Source: Eledone cirrhosa (Eukaryota). From it: DNA of 64,000 bases. Numbering within the stretch: the first letter of the stretch is position 1; every line of letters starts with the position of its first letter. Location of the stretch: NCBI GenBank assembly GCA_964016885.1, contig OZ024741.1, positions 129,394,001 to 129,458,000 on the forward strand, written 5' to 3'. The position numbers were made by a program, and so were the translations under genes. The notes under the pieces are model-generated. The model saw only the letters and a list, made by a program, of their open reading frames with translations, was not told the DNA's origin and did not search any database. Of this stretch, positions 1 through 11,505 are shown piece after piece.

Positions 1-95
<95 letters not shown>

Positions 96-100
96 TGTGT
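1..100. repeat. (AC)n microsatellite, one of dozens of (TA)n/(CA)n/(GA)n/(TACA)n/(TAGA)n tracts in the window
   Basis: Direct reading of the sequence. Confidence 0.99.
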
Positions 101-209
101 AGTAAAAAATCCGTGCACAATCCAAAATATGGCCATAATTGAACCTTGAAACTTTAGGTATCGCATTTTGTTCTGTGTATGAACATAAATAAGTAATCAC
201 AAACACACA

Positions 210-606
210 TGTAGCGAAATCTTTCCACACCTTGACCCCTGAGTGACATTTAACGGTTATTTTCTGGGTTACCTCCTTTTTTTGCGTAAATAAGTTTGTG
301 CAGGGACGATCTCTCGAGGTCACCCTGGTGGTTCTCAAGGCAAGGGACAAGAAGTAACAGATATAAATAGCCTGTCTTAGACCAAGCAAGAAGCAGTTCC
401 TGATAGGGTAACGATGTAAAACATCTACTGACTCTTACTTTCTCTCTCTTTCTTTCACTCAATCTCTATCTCTTGGTCCTCTCTTAACCAGCCTCTGATC
501 ACACTGTATCACACAACAGTGACTACACGACACAGCAAGCTACAAGTGAGCACGCACTCAACAAACGAATCAACACCACAACACCATCCCGACCAACAAA
601 CAATTG

Positions 607-611
<5 letters not shown>
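210..611. mobile_element. Solo LTR-like element (shorter copy)
   Basis: Begins TGTAGCG and ends TGCTACA (TG...CA with short terminal inverted repeat). Homologous to 12848-13478 from the same first base; inserted in a CA tract. Confidence 0.65.
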
Positions 612-645
<34 letters not shown>

Positions 646-646
646 A

Positions 647-715
<69 letters not shown>

Positions 716-875
716 TTAATATAAATTAATATATGATAAACACCTAAGTGTTTGTATTGTAAAAGACAAAATTTAGCTAGAATGAAACAAACTAATTCAA
801 ATTAATATAGCCTGCCTGTATCGATTTAAAAAATAATAAATCTATATACACAAACTTATATTGGCAAATAGCCGT

Positions 876-1005
876 GGTACCTAGACAAATTTAAATTTCA
901 AAATTCAAACTTTTTCCGCAGATCAATCTGAACTTCCAAATCCTGTTTCGCAAACGATGGTATAAGAGCGAAATATTTAATTTTCTGTGCTTATCAATAG
1001 GTACC
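876..1005 (-). ncRNA. Type I hammerhead ribozyme, U3-A8 core variant, long stems II and III
   Basis: Minus strand: GGTACCTA-TTGATAA-GCA...TGC-GAAA-CAGG...TTTG-TC-TAGGTACC; perfect 8-bp stem I, GUC cleavage triplet. Confidence 0.75.
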
Positions 1006-1394
1006 CAGAAAAATTAAGTTACTTCACCTCGAAAAAATTCTGAAGGTCTGGTTTACGAGCACAAACGCACGAGGTTTTGCGCTCGGTTCTTCCAGCTCAC
1101 TAGCCTCTCATACTCATGGCGCTAGAAATAACAGCCGTTTATATGGGATTAAAGATTAGCTTTTCTTTGAGCTAATTAATTGTAAATGACTCTTTGAGTG
1201 TATACTCTAAATATAATATATTACTGCTCCCTCGGTTGAGCTAATCTTTAATCCCATATAAACGGCTGTTATTTCTAGCGCCATGAGTATGAGAGGCTAG
1301 TGAGCTGGAAGAACCGAGTGCAAAACCTCGTGCGTTTGTGCTCGTAAACCAGACCTTCAGAATTTTTTCGAGGTGAAGTAACTTAATTTTTCTG

Positions 1395-1530
1395 GGTACC
1401 TATTGATAAGCACAGAAAATTAATTATTTCGCTCTTATACCATCGTTTGCGAAACAGGATTTGGATTTTGAAGTTCAGATTGATTTGCGGAAAAGGTTTG
1501 AATTTTGAAATTTAAATTTGTCTAGCTACT
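1395..1530 (+). ncRNA. Hammerhead ribozyme copy in the opposite arm (stem I partly mismatched)
   Basis: GGTACCTA-TTGATAA-GCA...TGC-GAAA...TTTG-TC-TAGCTACT. Confidence 0.65.
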
Positions 1531-3384
1531 ACGACTATTTGCCAATATAAGTTTGTGTATATTGATTTATTATTTTTTAAATCGATACAGGCAGGCTATA
1601 TTAATTTGAATTAGTTTGTTTCATTCTAGCTAAATTTTGTCTTTTACAATACAAACACTTAGGTGTTTATCATATATTAATTTATATTAACTTATATTAC
1701 ACGGCTCGGAAATGCTTCTTTCTTTGAGCTAATTAATTGTAAATGACTCTTTGAGTGTATACTCTAAATATAATATATATATATATAAATATATACAAGT
1801 AGAAGCTTAGTAAAATCGAAGCTTTGACTGTGGCCAAGCTAACGACCTTCAATTAGGAATGAGCTGCAAAGCACTCAATAAGGTCGGGCCTTAGAGTAAT
1901 AACATACGTTTAGATAGCTTGACAAATTGAAAATTGCGGCAGGCAGACCTAGCCACACAATACCAAAAAGAACGAAAAAACTAATCAGATACACGCACAT
2001 GCACATAGATAGACCCATGCAATGCATGCGTGCACACATACATGAATATTATAGATGACTTTGAATAAAATATTTTCCCCTTGAATATCTTTATTTAATT
2101 TATTTTTTTGTTTTCTATTGACATATTGATACAAATATACATGTGATAAAAAAAAAGGTTCAATTCCTTGGCGTTCCAATCCCTGCATGACCTTTTATCA
2201 ATTTAAGACCAAATTTCTGTTGAGGTGTAGATATGACAGGAACAATTTTGGTAGATCCATTTTCAATAGAAACACAGGGAAACGTTTTATTCTGCTAGGC
2301 CAGTGATCCGAAATATTTAATAGTGAACAGAAATACACTATTAGGAGACACATGCCAACGATTTGTGGTGAGGGAAAAGTTGATTATATTTACCCTAGTA
2401 TTTTACTGGTGCTTTGTTTTGTCGACCTCGGAAGAATGAAAGGCGGTATTTGAACTCAGAATGTACAGAGCCGGAACAAAAATGCAAAGTCAATTTTTTA
2501 GATGCTCAACCAAATCTGGAAATCCATCACCCTCAGAAGTACACAATAAAAATATTTAAAAAATGTTTTTAATAATAAACAGGAAGAGAGAAAAAATGGG
2601 AAAGTGAGAAAGAAAAATTAGATAAAAAAGTGAAGGGAGGGAAAGCTTTGACTGGGCGGTATATCTCAGCTGCACATTGTGGACCTGCTTATAAACTAGT
2701 ATTTGAAACAAAGATTTTTACATAAAATTATCTTTTACTTTTACTTTTCGTCCCAAGCCCGGAGGATCACCAGGCTGGTGTTTAATTCGATTTCCTTGGC
2801 GTTAAATAATTAAGAGTACAAGTCTTTTCCCTTGGATATGACGCCAATCTATTGCGGGGTTAATCACCAGCTACTGCTGGTTCTCGTTTTGAGTTGAGTG
2901 TACTAGAGCAATATTAAATTATGTGCTTTTCTCAAGAACACAACGCGCTTCCTGGTTCATAAATCGAACCCACGACAAAATTATCGTATGTTGAACACCC
3001 TAACCCCTAAACCACGTACCTTCTCCATAAAATTATGATGGAAGGTTTTCAGATAAATATAAGCACTTAAAAGAGGTAGTATCAAAAGGGTTAAATAAGA
3101 ATAGTGTTGTTATCATTTAGCTCCAGGTCAATTCTGATAGAGAAGACCTATGGTTTATGCCCTTTCTACACAGATATAGTATAACTTGAACTACATCTAA
3201 TGTGTCATTCCCTCTTTTAAAATAGTAACTTCCACATTTTAAAGCTGGTATTTGAAATATTACTTAACAAAGGTTCTTACAAAAAATTATGATGGAAGTT
3301 ATTTTTAGATCGATATTAAGTCTTTAAAACAAACAGTTTGTATCATAGAACCAAGGACGGTTTAGGATTAAAAGTATTAAAATA

Positions 3385-3645
3385 ATTGTTTCTACTTTTG
3401 GCACAAGGGAACCAATACCCATTGCATTACTGGTACTTTATTTTATCGATCCCGTAAGGATGAAAGGCAAAGTTAACCTCGGCGGGATTTGAACTCAGAA
3501 TGGAAAGGGCCGTAACTCTATGCGTCAAAGCATGACGTCCGACCCTCTACCGATACTGCCAAAGTATTAAAATAATTGTTTCTACTTTAGGCACAAGGCC
3601 AGCAATTACCCAGTGCATTACTGGTACTTTATTTTATCGACCCCT
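3385..3645 (-). mobile_element. tRNA-derived SINE plus partial tandem duplicate
   Basis: Reverse complement of the recurrent consensus GGCAGTATCGGTAGAG...GAGTTCAAATCCCGCCGAGGTTAACTTTGCCTTTCATCCTTACGGGGTCGATAAAATAAAGTACCAG. Older copies lie at ~2350-2535 and ~4310-4385. Confidence 0.85.
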
Positions 3646-3854
3646 TGAGCCATTGTTGTATTTTCCTCACCGCATAATTAATAATTATTTTAAATTATTT
3701 TTCCTGTATGAAATATGTTAATAGAAATTTATCTATTTTGTGTTGAGAGAAACTGCTAATCAATTGGATGGGCTTTGGGGTATGCAGGGCTTGTCCCGTT
3801 TCACCTCTACACCCATCACTATCTTCTCAGCCTTGTCCAAGACGAAACAACGGG

Positions 3855-4305
3855 CACTCTAGTGTCACAATAAAATGCACCCAGTACACTCTGTAATGTG
3901 GTAGTGCTGATGCCACAATAAAATGCTTCCTGGCCAACCTGTAAACTGATTATGCTGGTGTAACAATAAAATGCATCCAGTACATTATATAATTTAGCAA
4001 TGATAGTGCCACGATAAAACGTTCCCAACCCATTCTGGAAATTAGTTATGCTGGTGTAACAATAAAATGCACCCAGTACACTCTGTAAAGTAGTTGTGCT
4101 GATGTCAATAAAATACACTCAGCCTACTTTGTAAATTGGCTATGCTGGTGCCACAATAAAATACACTCAGTCAACTCTGTAAGTTGGTTATGCTGGTGCC
4201 ACAATAAAATGCACTCAGTCTACTCTGTAAATTGGTTATGCTGATGCAACACTAAAATGCACCCATTACACTCTGTAATGGAACAGTGTTGGCGTCACGG
4301 TAAAA
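3855..4305. repeat. ~48-bp minisatellite, about 9 diverged copies
   Basis: Unit approx. GCTGGTGTCACAATAAAATGCACCCAGTACACTCTGTAAAGTGGTTAT repeated in tandem. Confidence 0.9.
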
Positions 4306-4551
4306 AGTAATATAGAGGAAGAATCGACCCCAGTGCTAGAATGGTACTTTATTTATCAACCTTGAAAAAATGAAAGGCAAAATTGTGACAGTTATGGCTA
4401 TGTTATATCTATGTGGAGGATCACCCGGTGAGTACATGTCAAATCTACACTTCAGACCAAATATACACTAAATTCGGAAAAAAAAAAAATGATTAAACGT
4501 GCAAGGGGACCTATGGAACGTTTCTCGGATCAATAAATAAATATTGAAGTT

Positions 4552-6465
4552 TTATTGCACCTTTAACCTTGGTATTCGGGATTTTCTTTGTATACCATTG
4601 GAACTGTGTGTTTTATTATTGAAATATGAAGCCAAATGGTCATAGTCTCGATTCTGCATTGTTATAAATATATCAGAATCGTTTGGAATTTTCGAGATTG
4701 TCACGTTTTCATTATAGCGCACTTCTCGTTTGAGGTTCTGTTTGAGGGTCTTTGCACTGTTTGTGTAGAGATAAACATTTTGGTTGTAGTGATCGAAAGC
4801 TCTTGGTTCGTTCAACCTTTCGCTTATCTGTACAAAAACGTCACTCTCGATATCTGTGTAGTCACTGTCTTCCCCATCTCCTCTGATGTCATCGCCAACG
4901 TCATCGTCATCGTCGTCACCGCAATCATCGTCGTCATCGTCCTCGTCATCATCATCATCGTTGTAATAATAATCGTTGTCGTCATCGTCGTTGTTGTCAT
5001 CAACATCAGCTTCAGCGTCATCACTCTGGTTGTTACGGCCATTATTGTCCTCCTCTTTTTCTGCCACATCTCCAGATAGACGGCCATCTTTCACTGCTTC
5101 CTGCTGCTTTCGGCTGTTTGCTTTGAGCAGTACAATTTCCTTTTCTAGTTTCCGTTTCGTTTCTTTTTTCATTTCGATTTTCGAGTTCAAACTCATCAGC
5201 ATTTCTTTGACTGTTTCCTGGAAACGAATGAACGTAGAGCGCATGTCAGCCTCTAATATAAGATCTTGTTGCAATAGTGATAAATTAAATTTCTGAATTT
5301 TCAACTCGGTTTGGCATGTTGAAATTTTCCATTTGGTTTGGTCCAGTTTTGATGTGATGTCACCGTATTCGTCGGAAGTTAAAGAATTAGCATCTTGTAA
5401 CTTCCGGTTTAAAGATTTCTGTTCCAGCTGTGTTTTATGATAACTGGAACTGATACGGTCAATTTTATCCTTTGTGCTGTTGTAATCTTTGGTCAAAAGA
5501 TTATGGCGGTGTTCTTTCAACGAAAGGCGTTTCATTTCAACTTCCAAAACTTTCACCTTCTCTTCATCCACCGAAATATTTCTGTTGATTTCTACTATCT
5601 TTGCTAAAATTTCATTCGTTTTCCTTTTAATATCAGCCGATAGCAAAATATCATAATACGATGTTATCTTCAGAAGCCACTGCCTAGACAGTTTGGCCGC
5701 TTTCGACGCCTTAGCAAATAGATCCGGGATCAAATACCATATTAATTCGAAAGATGATCGATCTCGCTGTTTTATCATCGCCTTTCTCGTTTCTGTCTCG
5801 TAATTCTCCAAATCTATGTCTTCTTCTCTTAACATACTGGCCCATTTTATTTCTAAACACCTCAAAGTGTTCACCAGATGTGTTATGCTCTTCATTTCCT
5901 TCTTGGCGCTCATTTCCAGTGAATTTTTAGTTTTAGCGTTTGACGCTTTCAATTTTGGCGGCCATAATGCCGTTGCCGAACTTGCACCCCCCGTGTCAGA
6001 TCTCGATCCAGCTCCCGCTCCTACACTAGTTCTTCTTCTTTGTCTGGACAGAATCGATAAAGTAGCTTGGTTGCTAACTTCAACAATGTATTTAAGGATA
6101 CGTTCATCAAAGTAAGACTTGAGATCTCGTAGGTATTCAAGATCGTCGAAAAATACTTTAAAATAGCGCCCGATTTTCTCAATTTCATCGGCTGAATACA
6201 AAATACGTCTTTTGGTTCTTTTCAAAGTATTCACCTGGCGTTTCAGCTGTTCTAGCGACTTAATGTAGCTAAGGGCCTCACTTCGGCTTGGTCGTATTGA
6301 TTCGATCGGGTGTTTCTTACGGGTGACACTCAACAGCATTCTGTAAAAGGTTTCCCTGGAAAACCTCTCTATTGCTCCAGCTGACAGCATTCGAAAGGCG
6401 CTCATTTGCTTCTCGAACGAAGTTCGAAAACGGGTAGCATACACATCGACCGGGAGTTCTGTATT
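4552..6465 (-). CDS. Large terminal coding exon of an unidentified coiled-coil protein with an Asp-rich acidic tract (~637 codons)
   Basis: Open frame of 630+ aa with normal composition and a K/E/L-rich heptad region. Splice acceptor CTTCTATATTTCCAG|AAT at 6466-6480 (minus), phase 0; stop at 4552. The ORF-track start is GTG, so the true start is upstream or at the internal MSAF. Confidence 0.85.
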   Translation of the reverse strand, partial: NTELPVDVYATRFRTSFEKQMSAFRMLSAGAIERFSRETFYRMLLSVTRKKHPIESIRPSRSEALSYIKSLEQLKRQVNTLKRTKRRILYSADEIEKIGRYFKVFFDDLEYLRDLKSYFDERILKYIVEVSNQATLSILSRQRRRTSVGAGAGSRSDTGGASSATALWPPKLKASNAKTKNSLEMSAKKEMKSITHLVNTLRCLEIKWASMLREEDIDLENYETETRKAMIKQRDRSSFELIWYLIPDLFAKASKAAKLSRQWLLKITSYYDILLSADIKRKTNEILAKIVEINRNISVDEEKVKVLEVEMKRLSLKEHRHNLLTKDYNSTKDKIDRISSSYHKTQLEQKSLNRKLQDANSLTSDEYGDITSKLDQTKWKISTCQTELKIQKFNLSLLQQDLILEADMRSTFIRFQETVKEMLMSLNSKIEMKKETKRKLEKEIVLLKANSRKQQEAVKDGRLSGDVAEKEEDNNGRNNQSDDAEADVDDNNDDDDNDYYYNDDDDDEDDDDDDCGDDDDDDVGDDIRGDGEDSDYTDIESDVFVQISERLNEPRAFDHYNQNVYLYTNSAKTLKQNLKREVRYNENVTISKIPNDSDIFITMQNRDYDHLASYFNNKTHSSNGIQRKSRIPRLKVQ

Positions 6466-6809
6466 CTGGAAATATAGAAGATGAAACGATTGATTAAATA
6501 GATGGAAATAAATAAATAAATAAACGCGGCTGTTTTGATAATGAAAAGGGTTATGTTGGCAGTAGTTGCGGTAGTGATGTTGGTGTTGGTGGTGGCGTTT
6601 ATGATGGTGATGATGAAAAAGATTGTTGTTGTTGTGGTGGTGGAGGTGGTAATGGTGGTGTTGTTGTTAATAATAACAATGACGACGGTAGTTTTGGTGG
6701 TGGTGGTTTTGATGATGGCGATGATGCTGATAAAGGTTGTTGTTGTGGTGGTGTTGTTAATAATGATGATGATGGCGACGACGACGATAGCGATGATGAT
6801 GATAATAAT

Positions 6810-7175
6810 GTTTTCTGATTTAGATACAAGGCCAACAATACTTTATTTTATCGACCCCGTAAGGATGATAGGCAATGCTAACCTCGACGGGAGTTAAATA
6901 CAGAACGTAAAGGGTCGTAACTATATGCCGCAAAGCATGTTGTCCGACATTCTACCGATACTGCCAATTCACCGCAATAATTGTTTCTACTTTTGGCACA
7001 GGGCCAGCAATTACCCAGTACATTACTGGTACTTTATTTTATCGACCCCGTAAGGATGAAAAGCAAAGTTAACCTCGGCGGGATTTGAACTCAGGATGGC
7101 AAGGGCCGTAACTCTATGCGTCAAAGCATGGAGTCCGATCCTCTACCGATACTGCCAATCCACCGCCATTTCACC
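6810..7175 (-). mobile_element. Two tandem tRNA-derived SINE copies
   Basis: Same SINE consensus twice, head to tail. Confidence 0.85.
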
Positions 7176-7289
7176 GCAATAATAAAAGTGTCTCTACTAC
7201 CTTTGCACAATTTCAATCTAGCTTTTCTCTCATACTTACACAAGTAAAATTATAAATACCAAGTGCGCACCTTTATTTAGAAAATGATG

Positions 7290-7640
7290 AATAGCAGGTA
7301 AGGTTTCTATGGGAATCTATTTCTCCTGAGTGAACTATAACATAGAAGCATACTAGAAACGGACTGTATAGGGACGACAGTTTGATGCTATCCATCATCC
7401 TAAGTAGAGGTACAATATAAACCACAAAGAAGATAATGGTAGTTGTTGAAATACTGAGTTGTGTCTCTTGAATAAACAGTACTTGAGTAACTGCATCGTG
7501 TATCAGGCTACTACAACTGAAAACAAACGGCAGTACTGTGTTTCACATAGGTTTAACATAAAACTAACTTAAGGGATGATCATACCAGCATTTAGTACCA
7601 TCACAAAGAAAATATTGTATTGCTCTTGATGCACAAGATA
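7290..7640 (+). pseudogene. Decayed Penelope-like element RT/GIY-YIG remnant (internally deleted)
   Basis: 7361-7384 encodes GLYRDDSL (PLE RT GLYRDDGL-type motif). ~7460-7590 encodes CLLNKQYLSNCIVYQA...(frameshift) HIGLT*N*LKG, matching the CPLxxxCLxxxIVYxA...YIGxT pattern. Confidence 0.65.
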
Positions 7641-7900
7641 CCGATCTTTTATGGTATATAATGGATAACCCATACAATTTATGTTCAACTGAGAAATATT
7701 ACATTATAAACATGACCACATCAATAATGAACAGAAAATATCGACATGCAAAAACAACTTGGATATTGTTGTTATCTCTTTTTTGAGCAACAGACACACT
7801 ATCACCTTGTCTTATTTAAACAATAACGGAAACGCCTACTAAAGATAGAGACTGTCTAGATACCTGGGTACTAGTGTGAAACCCTAATATGTAAGTAGGT

Positions 7901-8005
<105 letters not shown>

Positions 8006-8029
8006 CATACATACACACATACATACATA

Positions 8030-8645
8030 CATGGTGGCTGCCAACTCGTTTTCGAGTACGGCCACTACTTTATATCCATGTAGGAGAACCCCTACCGATG
8101 CGCTGAGCGAGTGTGACTTTTTAGTCCAGCCAGCGACTTGAAAACTCTGGTACAAACACTACACTTGCGACAATTATTGACACATAGTGCTGGGCCCATG
8201 GTACCATGTGACGACAAGTTCAGAGAGATCTCCAGATATAAAGCAATGCCTGTGCCGCGAAGCTTTTATAGTGAGCAAAGGCACTGCACAAAGCCAGTCC
8301 CACTCTCTTAACCAAGATGATATTTACCAAAAAGAAGAACAAGTCAACATTATTGAATACCATCAGGGTTGCAGGTGTTATATCAGAGTTTTCCTTCTCC
8401 TAGAATTCTGCCTTGACAAAGGCTAAGGAGTCATCTCTGCCGGTGATTTTGGATGGCAGACATCATTGGCTCTTAAGAGCTCCTTTGCCCTTTGACAGGT
8501 TTTGTTTTTAGTCCTGCAGGATGTCCAATGTCACCCTCCTCACAAAGAAACATTGGTGGGGTTGCCAGTTTAGTCGCCAACGACCCGACCATGAGACAGG
8601 TTGTACTGGGATACGTGTTACCAGTAGCACCAATTGGTGACCTGA
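8030..8645 (-). mobile_element. Internally deleted RTE-clade LINE (5' UTR joined to 3' zinc-finger end), flanked by (TACA)n
   Basis: The 3' end encodes [23 protein letters not shown] followed by a (TATG)n tail. The 5' part carries TTAGCCTTTGTCAAGGCAGAATTCTAGGAGAAGGAAAACTCTGA, resembling RTE 5' regions (from memory). Confidence 0.65.
8565..8642 (-). ncRNA. Possible degenerate HDV-like ribozyme at the RTE 5' end
   Basis: GGTCACC...CCAGT(P2)...TGGTC-GG-GTCGttggCGA-CTAA-ACTGG(P2'), located at the element 5' boundary; P3/L3 is imperfect. Confidence 0.4.
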
Positions 8646-8658
8646 CATATAACATACA

Positions 8659-8760
<102 letters not shown>

Positions 8761-8811
8761 AACCAGTAAGACCCCGACAGCTGAGCTCAAGCCGTTTCGA
8801 CGGCTAATTCT

Positions 8812-8858
<47 letters not shown>

Positions 8859-8887
8859 TATTAATAAAATAGATGTTCTTTTGATCA

Positions 8888-8950
8888 ATTACATTTTATT
8901 ATACATATTTCGGATGTACAACAGTACGTCCTCATCAGACAAAATATAAT
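8888..8950 (-). ncRNA. Minimal type I hammerhead ribozyme
   Basis: Reverse complement of 11017-11079. Confidence 0.85.
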
Positions 8951-9096
8951 GATATATGACATACCCTGAGATGTTAAATGGTTAAGATTTAATCAAGGTA
9001 GTGATTAACCCAAGAGAAAATTTTACTTATATCCCATCTATGAGAAAATGCGGAAACGTAATAAATTCATTAGAGAATGTGTGAGTAATAAAAAAA

Positions 9097-9345
9097 GAGG
9101 AAATCATCCACGTCTTTATCACAGCTCATATGGTCTTTAAAAGAGAAGAATTTAGAATACTCCATTCTTTGGACAAAACTTCGGAACTGTGGAATTTACC
9201 GCAACTCTAGTATATCAAATAACTGCCCGCTCTGTACAATGGAGACCCTGTTGATTATTAATAATTATGAGACCCTAATTAACAAAAAATAGTGAATTAT
9301 TCTCTAGTTGCCTCCATAAAGCTACGTCCACTTTTTTAGCCTCAC
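9097..9345 (+). pseudogene. PLE GIY-YIG endonuclease C-terminal remnant
   Basis: KSSTSLSQLIWSLKEKNLEYSILW...CPLCTMETLLII...LINK(fs)NSELFSSCLHK, matching the STxLSxxIWxLK...CxLC..E..LNK.SE..S.CxH pattern. Confidence 0.8.
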
Positions 9346-11016
9346 ATAAAACGAGAAAGAAAGAAACAATTACACCAAACCAATAACAACTCGGTTACCA
9401 GGAATATATAATCAACAGTAAAAAACATTAATGGCCTTTAATATTGCTTTATTTTATAACTATCTATAGAAGAAACAACGCTAGAATGACTGACAATATT
9501 TCAATTAACATGCCTAAACATTGATACACACAACATTATTTGTTAACTTTGATCAATACCATCATTTCTTTATCTCCTTATTTCTATCTTCTTATCTATG
9601 CTTATAATTTAGTATAATACCTAATCCTTACATATTTATGGAATTTATTTAACTGTGAATTTTTAATACATTTGTGATCTCTTTTAAATTTTAGTTTAAT
9701 ATCCAATCCATAAATTTGTATGAATCTTATCTATAACTCTAAATTTTTAATGAGTTTTTGATCTATTATTTATAGTATAATATAGTATATGATAATAGTA
9801 TATGCATATATTTCTTTTAAATATATTTACTGCACTATAAAATCTAAAATTTGAGACGGATTCAAACTTATATATAAATGTGGATTTTTTCGCTGCGCTT
9901 TCGATCTCTTATTTACTTATAATATAATGTATTATAATATGTATGTAGTTATATATTATATTTTATATATTTTTAAATATATTTAAATATACCTACCACA
10001 TTTCTATATATATGATTCAAATATAGAGAAACTAAAAATTATTATAGACATTATTTTGAACTCATTGTTGTTTTTCTTATATATATATATGTATTTAAAT
10101 GTGACATGTTGATAAAATTATAACTGTTATCATTTACCTAAAGTATACTACACTAATAATACCTAATATATATCTATATATATACATCCCTATATCTAAT
10201 AATATGTTGATATCTTGGTTGAAGAATAATTAGTGCATTTACACCCAACTATACATAGGTATATATTTATCCTTAACATCCTTCAATGTATTATCTTATT
10301 TTATTTTTATCTTCGTCGTTATTATTTACCTTAAACATACTGGCTCATTAATATATACCTATATACATAATAGTTATTTAAATATTTATAACAATAAGTA
10401 CTTCAAAAGCTTTACATACCTAATATGTTGGTACATTTGTTAAAGTTTGAATTTAGGTAAATAATCAACAGTATAATATTTCATTCTTTATGTGCCAGCT
10501 AAATCATTTAAATGTTACTCTTAAAATTTAGAAGTTTAGAAATGATAACACACTTATCGAATTTATTAAAATAATATATAAATAACCAGCAAATAATCCT
10601 GAAATCTGGAGTCTTCACCCTAATATTATAAATTAAATATTTTCAAATTTAACCGTTTAACTTTCGAAAAAACCTCCTTTTGCATATATCCCCCCCCCCC
10701 ACACACACTTTATTTTTCCCTCATTATAAATCCTTTTCCAGTGGTTATCACTGGCTGTTATGATTCATGAGACGTTTTCCTAGATATATCGTAGTAGCAT
10801 AACACTTTAAAACTTTTAGAACAGTTACAGTATGCAACGTTTTTTTTTTTTTTTTTTTTATTTATTTATTTTTTTTTATTATTCACACATTCTCTAATGA
10901 ATTAATTACGTTTTCGCATTTTCTCATAGATGGTATATAAGTAAAATTTTCTCTTGGGTTAATCACTACCTTGATTAAATCTTAACCATTTAACATCTCA
11001 GGGTATGTCATGTATC

Positions 11017-11079
11017 ATTATATTTTGTCTGATGAGGACGTACTGTTGTACATCCGAAATATGTATAATAAAATGTAAT
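11017..11079 (+). ncRNA. Minimal type I hammerhead ribozyme
   Basis: ATTATATTTTGT-CTGATGA-GGACGTAC tgtt GTACATCC-GAAA-TATGTA-TA-ATAAAATGTAAT; self-complementary stem III ATATGTAT. Confidence 0.87.
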
Positions 11080-11212
11080 TGATCAAAAGAACATCTATTT
11101 TATTAATACTTATATTTTAATATTAATAACTCCTGAAAATTATTTTTCCGTTGAGTGCTTCCAATCTACTGTAAAACTCATTCTTTGACATAATCATTGA
11201 ATATTGTTTAAC

Positions 11213-11283
<71 letters not shown>

Positions 11284-11447
11284 ATACATTAACAGAGAAA
11301 GCTTTAAGCAATACTCCGACCAGCTTCCGTCTCACTCAACAAACATTAGGATATACCTTAGTATAATCCCAATTATACGTTTGGGGTGCTAACTATACGT
11401 ATTTTGCGGATAGCCAGTTGTATTATTTTATATGAGACATAATTAAA

Positions 11448-11505
<58 letters not shown>

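Larger units (their letters stand above)
711..1779 (+). mobile_element. PLE/retrozyme-like element: inverted arm plus ~557-bp unit with terminal direct repeat, flanked by (TA)n
   Basis: 711-1160 is the reverse complement of 1239-1697; 1162-1221 repeats directly at 1719-1779. An HHR fold lies in each arm; a diverged relative is at 20772-21270. Confidence 0.8.
8853..11215 (+). mobile_element. 5'-truncated Penelope-like retroelement with inverted pLTR, inserted in (TA)n
   Basis: ~240-bp inverted repeat (8853-9095 / 10871-11114), GIY-YIG C-terminal remnant, long AT-rich 3' region, HHR in both pLTR copies, (TA)n on both flanks. Confidence 0.88.

Noticed and set aside
711-1697. Palindromes as long-read foldback/assembly artefacts, or as MITE TIRs
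   Set aside because: Arms carry independent substitutions/indels, have asymmetric 3' extensions, recur as families and contain HHRs, fitting PLE-type inversion better. Read-level confirmation is still advisable.
4636-6115. ORFs overlapping the large exon (4636+, 4824-, 4976+, 5816+)
   Set aside because: Antisense or alternate-frame shadows of the real CDS and its Asp-codon repeat.
6535-6897. Hydrophobic 120-aa ORF resembling a membrane protein
   Set aside because: Degenerate (GTT/GGT/GAT)n trinucleotide tract running into a SINE, within the intron.
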